A stretch of 64,000 nucleotides of DNA. It comes from Alphaproteobacteria bacterium. GTDB taxonomy: Bacteria; Pseudomonadota; Alphaproteobacteria; M2410. The DNA is taken from NCBI GenBank assembly GCA_030614785.1, contig JAUWTJ010000001.1, positions 65,180-129,179 on the forward strand, given 5' to 3'. Position numbers and translations under genes: made by a program. Below, piece after piece: positions 10,020 through 19,181 of the stretch. Positions within the stretch are counted from its first letter, which is position 1; every line of letters starts with the position of its first letter. The notes beneath the pieces were generated by a model. It saw only the letters and a list, made by a program, of their open reading frames with translations, searched no databases and had not been told where the DNA came from.

Positions 10020-12569
10020 CTAGAACTCACTCCAGTCTTCATCTTCCTTGATAGCGGTTGCCACGGCCGCCTGCATTTGACGGACCGGAACGGGCCCACG
10101 TACAGGTAATGGCACTTTGCGTACTGCGCTGGCATGAGCTGCGCTCTCGCCGCCGAGCTGGAAAAAGCCCATTCGCGAGTGCATCGCCTCGGACTGATCC
10201 CGCAGCGTCTTGGCAGCGGCGGCATTTTCTTCAACCAGAGCAGAGTTCTGCTGCGTGACTTCATCCATGCCGCTAACGGCCTTGTTGATTTCAGCAACAC
10301 CGGTGGCCTGTTCCTCACTGGCCGCCGCGATTTCAGACACAATGTCTGTCACCTTTCGGATCGAGTCGACGATTTCAGTCAGAGCACCGCCAGCCTCGCC
10401 CACCAGAGACACGCCCTTTGTGACCTGGCCGGAACTTTCATCGATAAGCTCCTTGATGTCCTTGGCAGCCTGTGTCGAGCGTTGTGCAAGCGTTCGAACT
10501 TCGGAAGCGACAACCGCAAATCCGCGCCCGGCATCCCCGGCCCTGGCCGCTTCAACTGAAGCATTAAGAGCAAGGAGATTTGTCTGGAATGCAATCTCGT
10601 CAATGACGCCGATGATGTCGGAAATCTTGCCGGACGACTCTTCTATGCTGGCCATGGCAGAAACAGCATTTTCCACAATGCCACCGCCCTTGGTGGCAAC
10701 GTCGCGAGCCGTGGTAGAAAGTTGGTTGGCTTGCTGCGCATTTTCGGCATTTTGTTTGACCGTTCCGGCCATTTGCTCCATGGAGGCTGCAGTTTCCTGC
10801 AAGGCCGAAGCCTGCTGTTCCGTCCGCGATGACAAATCAGTCGTTCCACTGGAGATTTCTTCAGACGCATTGGAAACTTCGTTTGCCGCAGATTGCAACT
10901 CACCGATGATCTCCGCCAGACGTTCCGACGTATTATTGGTGTTCTGCTTGATATCATCAAACAGACCCTGGTAGTCTTCATTGATTCTATCGGTCAGATC
11001 ACCTTTGGCCAGATTCTCCAGTACGTTTCCGAGGTTCTTCATGATGTCTTCAACATTGGCGGACTGAGTATTGAGACTTTCCGCGAGATTGCGCATAAAG
11101 CCTTCCTTGCCTTCAAGCGGAATACGGATCGATAGATCACCCGCAACGGCTTTTGTGACCAGATTTTCGATTTCACCTTCAACCAGTTTTTCCATCGTCT
11201 CGTTTTTCCACTCGACGACCGTACCGACTTTGACGCCGTCAGCACCAAGAACCGGATTGACGGTCAGGTGGAAATTCATCCCGCCGGCCAGAACATCGGC
11301 CTCGTAGGTTGACGTGAGACCTTCAAGCAAACCACGTTGGTGAGCCGGATTTTTGTGGAAGATATCGATACATGTACCGATCAGGTTATTGGCATCAAGA
11401 GCAGGAATATCCCTTCTCAAATCGGCTTCCGCACCACGCATCATGCTGGTCATTGTGTCATTCATGTAAACGATGTTGAGGTCGGGATCGGCCAGCATGA
11501 CATTGGTACTGCACTTGTCCAGCGCAGACCGAATTCTGGAATTCTCGTCGGCCTGGCTCTTGGCTTCACGTTGCCGTGCGTTTTCAGCCGTCACATCCGC
11601 CCACTCAACCACAGTACCTATGCGTTCACCGGCATCATCGTTAATCGGTGAGACAACAAGATCAAAATCAAGACCCCCGATTTCCAGAGAGGTTTCTGTA
11701 GTGCTGCTCAAAGCATCAAGAATGCGCCTTTGATGAGCCGGGTTCTTGTGGAAGATATCGATATTGCTACCTTCCAGCTTCCGCGCATCAAAGTTCGGCA
11801 GATCCTCTCGCAACGCCACCTCATTGCCGCGCATCATTTCGCTCATCGTGTCGTTGAGATAGACCAGATTGTAGTCGGCATCAGCCACCATGACATTGGT
11901 CCGACAGCTATCAAGGGCAGAGCGCAGTCGGGCATTCACCATCGACAATTGCCTGTCAGCCTCTTCAGCGCGCAATCTGTCGGTCATGTCATCCCATTCA
12001 ACGACCGTTCCGGTACGAACCTTTTTCTCATCGAAAATCGGATTGGCGATCAAGGAAAACGTGCGGCCACCGGCTGTTATTTGCGTTCTGTAGGTGCTGG
12101 TCAAACCGTGAACCATGCTCCGCTGGTGAGCGGGGTTCTTGTGAAAAGCATCAATATTAGTACCGATGAGCTGATCGGCGTTAAAGCCGGACAGCTCCGA
12201 TTTCAAATCCGCTTCTGCGTTCTTCATCATCGCCAGCATGGTCTGATTCATATAGATGATGTTGAAATCCGCATCCGCGATCATCACATTCTGATCACAG
12301 GTCTGCAGGGCAGTCGCAATGCGTGAATCGCTTTCCCCTGCCGTACTTTGTACAAACCGTGTATAGAAGATCAAAGCCAGTCCGGCGAGACCGACAATCC
12401 CTCCAGCGTAGGCCCACAGGGGCCCAAAGGCCTGATACAATCCAAATGAACCAAATTGCACCACTGCGATGGCTCCGACCATGACGGCCAGACGGATCCA
12501 CCGTTCGTTAAAATCAACATTAGACATCTTCTTCACCCTTTCTTCGCGCAACCGCGAAATATGAATCAA
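10020..12569 (-). CDS. Methyl-accepting chemotaxis protein with 2 N-terminal TM helices, three tandem PAS domains, HAMP and MCP signalling domain. TTG at 12569 overlaps the cheW stop; alternative ATG at 12527.
   Basis: Three ~132-aa PAS repeats (NVMIADADFNIIYMN.../NVMVADADYNLVYLN.../NVMLADPDLNIVYMN...); signalling tip [31 protein letters not shown]. Confidence 0.9.
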   Translation of the reverse strand: MIHISRLREERVKKMSNVDFNERWIRLAVMVGAIAVVQFGSFGLYQAFGPLWAYAGGIVGLAGLALIFYTRFVQSTAGESDSRIATALQTCDQNVMIADADFNIIYMNQTMLAMMKNAEADLKSELSGFNADQLIGTNIDAFHKNPAHQRSMVHGLTSTYRTQITAGGRTFSLIANPIFDEKKVRTGTVVEWDDMTDRLRAEEADRQLSMVNARLRSALDSCRTNVMVADADYNLVYLNDTMSEMMRGNEVALREDLPNFDARKLEGSNIDIFHKNPAHQRRILDALSSTTETSLEIGGLDFDLVVSPINDDAGERIGTVVEWADVTAENARQREAKSQADENSRIRSALDKCSTNVMLADPDLNIVYMNDTMTSMMRGAEADLRRDIPALDANNLIGTCIDIFHKNPAHQRGLLEGLTSTYEADVLAGGMNFHLTVNPVLGADGVKVGTVVEWKNETMEKLVEGEIENLVTKAVAGDLSIRIPLEGKEGFMRNLAESLNTQSANVEDIMKNLGNVLENLAKGDLTDRINEDYQGLFDDIKQNTNNTSERLAEIIGELQSAANEVSNASEEISSGTTDLSSRTEQQASALQETAASMEQMAGTVKQNAENAQQANQLSTTARDVATKGGGIVENAVSAMASIEESSGKISDIIGVIDEIAFQTNLLALNASVEAARAGDAGRGFAVVASEVRTLAQRSTQAAKDIKELIDESSGQVTKGVSLVGEAGGALTEIVDSIRKVTDIVSEIAAASEEQATGVAEINKAVSGMDEVTQQNSALVEENAAAAKTLRDQSEAMHSRMGFFQLGGESAAHASAVRKVPLPVRGPVPVRQMQAAVATAIKEDEDWSEF
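11196..12317 (-). repeat. Three tandem ~396-bp in-frame repeats encoding the three PAS domains of the MCP.
   Basis: Protein-level repeats of ~132 aa, 50-60% identical (…FHKNPAHQR…GTVVEW…). Confidence 0.7.
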
Positions 12570-13117
12570 CGGACTTGATCGTCCTGATTTTCGGCGATTG
12601 CACCGAACTCCTCACCTTGTAATAAACTTGATAACGAGAGGATGGCGACCATCTCCTCATCCAGGGCTATCAATCCCTTCAAATATCGCGCATCGGGCGA
12701 TTGCCCGGCCTCGGGAACATCCTTGACCTGGCTCCGCTCCGTACTAAGAATATCTGACACAGCATCGACCAGCAGACCTACGATCTGCTCACCTACATTG
12801 ACAATAATCACGACGTGCATCGGCGTCGCGTCTGTTTTCTCACCCCAAAATCTGTTTCTCAGATCAATAATCGGAACAACGATCCCGCGCAGGTTCAAGA
12901 CCCCGCGCACGTATTTCGGTTGATTGGGCAGTCCTGTAATTTCCGTCCAACCCTTGATTTCACGGCATCGCATAATATCCACGGCGTATTGACCATCGCC
13001 AACGCGAAAACTGATATACTGACTTTCGTCGACCGCAGATTGGAGATGGTTCATTGCCAGACCCGTGGGGGCCAGGCCCGTATCCCCTGATGTATCAATT
13101 GCCACTGCTTCCATCAC
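12566..13117 (-). CDS. cheW: Chemotaxis coupling protein CheW.
   Basis: CheW-like domain (YAVDIMRCREIKGWTEITGLPNQPKYVRGVLNLRGIVVPIIDLR). Confidence 0.9.
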   Translation of the reverse strand: MMEAVAIDTSGDTGLAPTGLAMNHLQSAVDESQYISFRVGDGQYAVDIMRCREIKGWTEITGLPNQPKYVRGVLNLRGIVVPIIDLRNRFWGEKTDATPMHVVIIVNVGEQIVGLLVDAVSDILSTERSQVKDVPEAGQSPDARYLKGLIALDEEMVAILSLSSLLQGEEFGAIAENQDDQVR

Positions 13118-13142
13118 ATGTTTCCTTCACTCAAACGGCAGA

Positions 13143-15305
13143 TCAAACTGCCTCTGCTTCAATTTTGACAACATCTGCTTTAGACGTATCTGTCTTCATG
13201 ATGTCTGCACCGGGATCCTTGCTGCCTCCGGAGCTGTGGAGAGTCACGCCTTCAAAACTGTCAACATCGACAATTAGCGCGACCATTCCGTCGCCCAGAA
13301 TCGTGGCGCCGGAAACCCCCGGGATGATCTTGTAGTTCTCTTCCATACTTTTGATGACGACCTGTTGCTGGCCGAGCAATTCATCGACGACAAGGCCGAT
13401 TTTCTTGCCTGACGCCAATTCCACAAGGACCACCAAAGCCTTGGCCGGATCGGTTTCCGCGCCCTTGACGTCAAACACCTGCGACAGGTGCACAAGCCGC
13501 AAGACCTCGCCACGGATATGCATAACTTCAAGGCCGTCCGTCAGCTTTCGAATTGAACCTGGTTCAGGACGCACCGTTTCGATAATCGTCGTCAGCGGCA
13601 GGATATATTTCTGGGTTCCAACTGAAATCAACATGCCGTCAAGAATGGCCAGTGTGAGGGGTAGCGTCAGAGTGAAGGTTGTCCCGACACCCATTTCCGA
13701 CTCGACCATTGTACGCCCGCCCAGAGCAAGTATGTTCCGGCGCACCACATCCATGCCGACGCCGCGCCCGGAGACCTCGCTGACCTCTTCGGCTGTTGAG
13801 AACCCCGGATGAAAAATAAGTTCATCAACTTCTTCAGGCGTCAGGTTCTGGTCTTTTGCAACAACACCGCGCTCTATTGCTTTTTCAAGGACCCTGTCGC
13901 GGTCAATGCCGCGTCCGTCGTCTGACACCTGAATCAGAATTCGTCCTGAGCGATGCTCTGCGGAGAGTTTGATCGTCCCTGTTTCCGGTTTTCCTGCGGC
14001 AAGGCGTTCTGCCGGAGGTTCAATCCCGTGATCCAGAGAGTTCCGGATCATGTGCGTTAACGGATCGCCCAGTTCTTCAATGACGGTTTTGTCAACTTCG
14101 GTCGTTTCACCGCAGGTTTCGAGGTCAATTTTCTTTCCGAGCTTGGCGGACAGATCTCTGACGACCCGAGGCATGCGCGAAAACACCGATTTAACCGGCT
14201 GCATCCGAATAGCCATAACGCCTTCCTGCAGGTGCCGCGTCCTGAGTGCCAGATCTTCAAGACCCTGCAGTTCAACAGCCGCGCGCGGACCAAGAGCCAG
14301 GGAAATATCCTGAACGACCATGGACTGAGCAATCACCATCTCGCTAACCTGGTTGACCAATCGGTCAACCCGGTCGAGATCAACTCGAATTGAGGTAATT
14401 TGAGAGCCGGCTTTCTGTTTGCCGGACTTTGAAGCAGAGGTGGTCTTCTGCGAGACCGCTTCGGTTTCCGCCACCGCAGATGGCATCAACAGCTCTGGCT
14501 CTTCCACACTGGCTGCGGTTTCCGCATCTGTCTCGCGGGCTACACCCGCTTCCTCAGTAATCTCAAGATCACAATCATCAATGACAAACTCGAAGACCTC
14601 GTCAACATCTGCTCGCGAGCACGAACTTTCAAGCGTCAACAGCCAGTGAAAATAGGCATCCTCAACTTCCATCGTTCTGAAATCGGGAAGCTTCGTGCTA
14701 TCAAGCACGATGTCCAGCTGCCCCAAAGATCGCAGCTCGCGAATAATCAGGAGGGGTTCATTGGCATGCCTGAATAATTCCGCCTTGGGACGGAAGGCGA
14801 TCGAGTAGATCGTATCGGCGGAAGCAGTATCGTCAGAATTTCCGTCAGTGTCATCGAGCAGGTCTTCAGTCGCCGCACCGCTTGAGCTTTCACCATCACC
14901 GGTTCCTGACAACAGGTCTTCGAGAAGCGCTCTGACGTCTTCGTCTGAACCACCTTCAAATTCAACATCCTCTTCTGCCGCAGCAACAAGATCTGCCAAC
15001 ACATCACCGCCACGGATCATGATGTCGATAACATTCTGATTAATGTCTAGTTTGTCCTGGCGCATTTGATCCAGCACCGATTCAAATATGTGCGTATAGG
15101 CGACAAGACGGTCAAACTTGAAGGCGCCCGCGCCGGCCTTCATAGAGTGGACCGCTCGAAAAATGGCGTTGAGGTCTTCAAAATCGATCGCATCGACAGT
15201 TAGTGTGGTGACCTTATCTTCCAACACCTCCAGGAGCTCGCGGCACTCCTCGAAATACGTCTTCTTGAATATCGCATAGGGATCTTCATCAGGAAGATTT
15301 GACAT
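13143..15305 (-). CDS. cheA: Chemotaxis histidine kinase CheA. The ORF track extends to GTG 15329, but ATG 15305 has a strong AGGAGGAG SD.
   Basis: P1/HPt (AIFRAVHSMKAGAGAF), dimerisation, HATPase_c (GRGVGMDVV, DDGRGID) and C-terminal CheW-like P5 domain. Confidence 0.9.
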   Translation of the reverse strand: MSNLPDEDPYAIFKKTYFEECRELLEVLEDKVTTLTVDAIDFEDLNAIFRAVHSMKAGAGAFKFDRLVAYTHIFESVLDQMRQDKLDINQNVIDIMIRGGDVLADLVAAAEEDVEFEGGSDEDVRALLEDLLSGTGDGESSSGAATEDLLDDTDGNSDDTASADTIYSIAFRPKAELFRHANEPLLIIRELRSLGQLDIVLDSTKLPDFRTMEVEDAYFHWLLTLESSCSRADVDEVFEFVIDDCDLEITEEAGVARETDAETAASVEEPELLMPSAVAETEAVSQKTTSASKSGKQKAGSQITSIRVDLDRVDRLVNQVSEMVIAQSMVVQDISLALGPRAAVELQGLEDLALRTRHLQEGVMAIRMQPVKSVFSRMPRVVRDLSAKLGKKIDLETCGETTEVDKTVIEELGDPLTHMIRNSLDHGIEPPAERLAAGKPETGTIKLSAEHRSGRILIQVSDDGRGIDRDRVLEKAIERGVVAKDQNLTPEEVDELIFHPGFSTAEEVSEVSGRGVGMDVVRRNILALGGRTMVESEMGVGTTFTLTLPLTLAILDGMLISVGTQKYILPLTTIIETVRPEPGSIRKLTDGLEVMHIRGEVLRLVHLSQVFDVKGAETDPAKALVVLVELASGKKIGLVVDELLGQQQVVIKSMEENYKIIPGVSGATILGDGMVALIVDVDSFEGVTLHSSGGSKDPGADIMKTDTSKADVVKIEAEAV

Positions 15306-15319
15306 TGTGGAAACTCCTC

Positions 15320-15685
15320 CTATGGACACACTTTGTTGACGACTTGCAGAAGTTTTTCCGGATCGAAGGGCTTCACTATCCAGCCTGTTGCACCGGCAGC
15401 TCTGCCTTGCTGGCGTTTCTCGTCATCCGTTTCCGTGGTAAGCATGAGGATTGGCGTCGCCTTGAAGTCCGCTTGCCCGCGCAGCTCCTTGACGAGAGTA
15501 ATGCCATCCATAATCGGCATATTGATATCTGTTATAACAACATCAATGCGCTTGCCGGAAACCTTGGACAGAGCATCCTGTCCGTCTACGGCCTCCAGGA
15601 CGTCAAATCCGGCGCCTTTTAGCGTAAAGGCAACCATGTCCCGCATGGTCTTGGAATCATCGACAGTAAGAATCAACTTGCTCAT
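15320..15685 (-). CDS. cheY: Chemotaxis response regulator CheY.
   Basis: 121-aa stand-alone REC (ILTVDDSKTMRDM...VVITDINMPIMDG...KPF). Confidence 0.9.
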   Translation of the reverse strand: MSKLILTVDDSKTMRDMVAFTLKGAGFDVLEAVDGQDALSKVSGKRIDVVITDINMPIMDGITLVKELRGQADFKATPILMLTTETDDEKRQQGRAAGATGWIVKPFDPEKLLQVVNKVCP

Positions 15686-16032
15686 TTATCAGCACTCCAC
15701 AAATCCAGTTCCGCAGCCAGGCCAAGATCAGAAAATGATCGGGCCATAACCTCTGACGGGTCTTTAAACACCACATCCACATTTTCCCCGGCGAAACTTT
15801 GGCGAGCCGCCACAAGTAGCTGGATGATCGAGGTATCCATCCGTTCCACCCCTGAGCCATCAACAGTGAGGCGATCCACATCACATGCAGCACGCAGAAT
15901 CTCTTCTTTGACCCGCGTTGCGCTCGAAAGATCACAGTATGAAGGCAACTCAAAAAACCCTTTGGGGTCAGTCGCCTTCGATGATGCGTTTACGACTTTT
16001 TCTGTCGCTTCATTCTTTGCAACTTTAGCCAC
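15682..16032 (-). CDS. STAS-domain protein, first gene of the che operon (like the small orf that precedes cheY-cheA in alphaproteobacterial che operons).
   Basis: 116 aa; STAS-like LTVDGSGVERMDTSIIQLLVAA; GTG start; 4-nt overlap with cheY. Confidence 0.6.
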   Translation of the reverse strand: MAKVAKNEATEKVVNASSKATDPKGFFELPSYCDLSSATRVKEEILRAACDVDRLTVDGSGVERMDTSIIQLLVAARQSFAGENVDVVFKDPSEVMARSFSDLGLAAELDLWSADK

Positions 16033-16418
16033 AACCTCTCCTGATCGTTATCAGCCGCTAAAAAGCCCCGTGAACTGGAAACCGGATATTTCAGACTCGG
16101 GGCGACTCCCTAATACCGTAGCTTAGAGACTAAACTACAATGCCCTTAAGATTGGGTTACGCACTGGCATTTCCATCGCAGATTATTCGTATGAAATTTT
16201 GTGGAATCAGTGTACTGATGCTAGTAGGAAGCCATCAAGTCTTTGCGCGAAAACGGCGGCGAGAGGTCGTTCTTCATTGCGTTTGACGATCAATCGCATT
16301 TACAAATCACTCTACACAATTCGCTCTGTAGCGCGCTCTGAGCCGCAGCAGGTGGGTGGTCAATGGAACTAAACCTGCAATCAAACAGGCTGGTCCTTGC
16401 CGCCGCAATCCCTGTGAG

Positions 16419-16934
16419 CTACCCCCTGGCCTGAAATTCATCCAGTCGCGCAAAGCCCTGAAACAGGAGCCCCTTGAAGGCTTCGTCCATTTCTGTTTGC
16501 CCGGCAGCTTCAATCATGACGCCTGCAAGGATCATATAGGTGGCCGTCCACGCTTCTTTAACGGCTGGAGTAAAGGCGGCACCAAGCCCCTGCTCCAATG
16601 TCCACAAAAGCGCAGTAGCGACGGTTTGATAGTGAGACTCCTTAACCCCGAATTTCGCATGGCTGGCCCCAAGAGCCTGTACCGTCGGTATAATCTTGTC
16701 CAGATTTCTCAGGCTGGACACCGAAACGCCCAATGTGGCCATTAACTTGCGACCCTGCTCAACCATATCGCCCTTAAAGAGGGGGCGCAGGGAGGGATCA
16801 AGCTCGAACAATCGACTGTAGAACAGGTCAGCGGCCTGCTCCTTGATTTTTGCCACCGCCTGAAACGAGGTTTCCACAAGATCGATTTGTTTCGGAGTCA
16901 AACTCATTTTATTGATCTTCCATAAACGGGACAC
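16419..16934 (-). CDS. Single-domain sensor-type globin (protoglobin/GCS-globin-like), probable start MSLTPKQ at 16907.
   Basis: Globin-sensor signature ([42 protein letters not shown]); ~45% identity to the two globins at 37.9-39.3 kb. Confidence 0.75.
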   Translation of the reverse strand: MSRLWKINKMSLTPKQIDLVETSFQAVAKIKEQAADLFYSRLFELDPSLRPLFKGDMVEQGRKLMATLGVSVSSLRNLDKIIPTVQALGASHAKFGVKESHYQTVATALLWTLEQGLGAAFTPAVKEAWTATYMILAGVMIEAAGQTEMDEAFKGLLFQGFARLDEFQARG

Positions 16935-17491
16935 AAACAGGTTTTGGGTCGAAAAATTGCCCTTCTCTACAGGTGGGCAGCTAATTCATTCTCGCTTTTT
17001 ATATTAGATACTTAACAACATAATCGTGAAAAATCCGTTACGATCGGTTGTTGCGAATGCTTTGCAACCAGGACCGATCAGTAGCCTTTCTCGACTGCAT
17101 TGTCAGCAGGGCCCGTGTTGCGGAAAAAGAGCCCTGCGTTGGATGCCATATACAAGGCTCCTGCGCGCGCGACATTGATATAGTTTTGGTGTGTAGCGTG
17201 AACTGGATCGAAGAGGCTACTACGGGATTTTACTGCCTTCTCAATCAACTCCACTCGGACGGCTCCAACCTCGCCCTAAATCAACAAGGGACGAAATGAG
17301 ATCGACGGATACGACATTAACACAGCCTCCTCAGGCACGAAACAGAGGAGACTAATCACCTCCCGGCACATCGATGAATCGCAAAAGTACCAAAAAGTAG
17401 ACATTTCAGATTCCGCTGCCTGACACGAAAACTCCTGCGCTCGATTGGAACGCCTAACCCTTTGATCTAATACATCTATCTGGAAAGAAAA

Positions 17492-17568
17492 TGGTACCGC
17501 CTCCCTGACTTGAACAGGGTACCTCTAGATCCACAATCTAGCGCTCTAACCGGGTGAGCTAAGGCGGC
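17492..17568 (-). tRNA. tRNA-His: tRNA-His (anticodon GTG), 77 nt including encoded CCA; no G-1 and A73 discriminator.
   Basis: Hand-folded cloverleaf: acceptor GCCGCCT/AGGCGGT, D-arm GCTC/GAGC, anticodon stem CTAGA/TCTAG with loop TTGTGGA, T-arm CCCTG-TTCAAGT-CAGGG, then ACCA. Confidence 0.8.
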
Positions 17569-17719
17569 ACATCGTCAAAGATCCGGGGTCCGGACCACAA
17601 GGGGCAGCAAAGCCCCTGAACGGAACGGGACATTATCTCTTTGAAAACTGGAATTCAAGCGCCGTTTTCAAGAAAGAGATGGGCAATGGCAAAGCAGCGG
17701 ATCAGCCAGTCTGATCGGA

Positions 17720-18235
17720 CTAACCGAGCCGCCCTGCGACGGCTTCCTGAAGCTCCTTCAACAGGATCTTGCAATGGTCTTCCGAGCCGTCCGGCCTGGA
17801 GAACTCCGCAGCCGCGAAGGCAATGGCGCTCAGGTGGGGCTTGATCAAAGCCAGATCTCCGTCGTCCATCAGTCCTTCTTTCATTGCCAGACGATCCAGC
17901 GATTTTGCGATGTTTCCGACGATATCCAGACCGCAGGTGCCGCAGAAGGCATAGACCTGTGCTGCGAGCCTCGATAGCTCGCTGCGCAGCACTTTGTGAT
18001 CGCCTGAGCGCTCCCTTTCCACGACGTCCTCAATCTGCGAAAGATGGTGTATCACCTCTTCCAAACAGTCACCCTTCATTGCAAGTGCCGCCTGTTGCGC
18101 CCTTTCCATGGCACGAGGTGGCAAGCCTTTGTCGCCGGCTTTGGACTTAAGCAGGTTAGGACGCTCAATGACTTTGAACGAAGCCCCGCCCTCCCGGCCG
18201 GCTTGTGGTTTTCGCTTCACCTGTGTGGTCATCAT
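17720..18235 (-). CDS. Hypothetical protein, helical, downstream of a receiver gene; an HPt-like role is possible but unsupported.
   Basis: 171-aa ORF with coding-like composition; no convincing HxxKG HPt motif. Confidence 0.4.
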   Translation of the reverse strand: MMTTQVKRKPQAGREGGASFKVIERPNLLKSKAGDKGLPPRAMERAQQAALAMKGDCLEEVIHHLSQIEDVVERERSGDHKVLRSELSRLAAQVYAFCGTCGLDIVGNIAKSLDRLAMKEGLMDDGDLALIKPHLSAIAFAAAEFSRPDGSEDHCKILLKELQEAVAGRLG

Positions 18236-18345
18236 CTTCCCTCAAGTTAATAGTGGTCTTCGCGGTAGTATCAAAACCTGGCTTCCAGCTGCTCTTTCAG
18301 TTTATTGCATATCGGCTCATGCCCGCTCATCCGCCAGCGCTGGCA

Positions 18346-18873
18346 TCAGTCAATAAAAGACACGTCGCGGCGTTCATCTTTAGCCCAGTCCGCAAGACTG
18401 GAACGCCGACGGTCTGGCCCAAAAAAACTCTTTGTCTCGACAAAATCCCGCGGCCGCTCGATCACCATCTCAATGCGTTTATAGAGCGCCTGGGGAGACA
18501 CCGGTTTGGCCAGAAACTCTGTCGCCCCTGCCTGGCGAGCCGCCAGGATGTTGGTCATTTCTGTATGGCCTGTCAGCATGATAATCGGCACAAAACGGTT
18601 GGGGCTCTGATCATCGCTACGCAGCGTCTTGATGAATTCAACGCCATCCATAGGTGCCATATTATAATCGCATATGATGAAGTCCGGTTTGAGACTGGTG
18701 AGTACCTTTAGTGCAGACTCGCCACATTTGGCCGTGTGAACATCGGCAAATCCAAACGCCAGCAAGAGCGCGCGCAGGAGCTGCTGCATGTTGGTACAAT
18801 CGTCAACGATCAAAACCGTCAATCGTTCAAAGTTATATGACATCTCAGCCCCTTCCGAATTTCGTGGTATCAC
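18346..18873 (-). CDS. Single-domain response regulator (REC) with a short C-terminal extension.
   Basis: LTVLIVDDCTNMQQL...DFIICDYNMAPMDG...LAKP. Confidence 0.8.
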   Translation of the reverse strand: MIPRNSEGAEMSYNFERLTVLIVDDCTNMQQLLRALLLAFGFADVHTAKCGESALKVLTSLKPDFIICDYNMAPMDGVEFIKTLRSDDQSPNRFVPIIMLTGHTEMTNILAARQAGATEFLAKPVSPQALYKRIEMVIERPRDFVETKSFFGPDRRRSSLADWAKDERRDVSFID

Positions 18874-19181
18874 CTGATACTTCGATCTTTAATCGATCTT
18901 TATTCGACTTTGATATCGTCCGGCACCTTCCAGAAAACTAATTCCGAAAATCCGTTTCGATTGAAATCGGTAATCTTTTGTTAAGGTAGTTTAGAAATAC
19001 ACCTACCCTCGCAAAAAAAACATATAATTATCAAACACTTACACCATTGCAAACAAAGTCAGATCCACTGACACATATTCTCTGATCCGGTTCACTTTTT
19101 GTAAATAAAGTCCATTTGATGCCTTGATCTGAACCGGAACATTGTTAACCCCAGGCCAGCGCTCCACCCGACTGTGCTACA

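Noticed and set aside
10210-10974. 254-aa plus-strand ORF inside the MCP gene
   Set aside because: Shadow ORF opposite the highly conserved MCP signalling domain.
16033-17720. Possibility that the che operon is a genomic island integrated at tRNA-His
   Set aside because: No integrase, no direct repeat of the tRNA 3' end, and GC content of the operon matches the rest of the window.
17720-18235. Calling this ORF an HPt phosphotransfer protein
   Set aside because: No canonical HxxKG(S/A) motif could be located; only the position next to a receiver is suggestive, so it is left as hypothetical.
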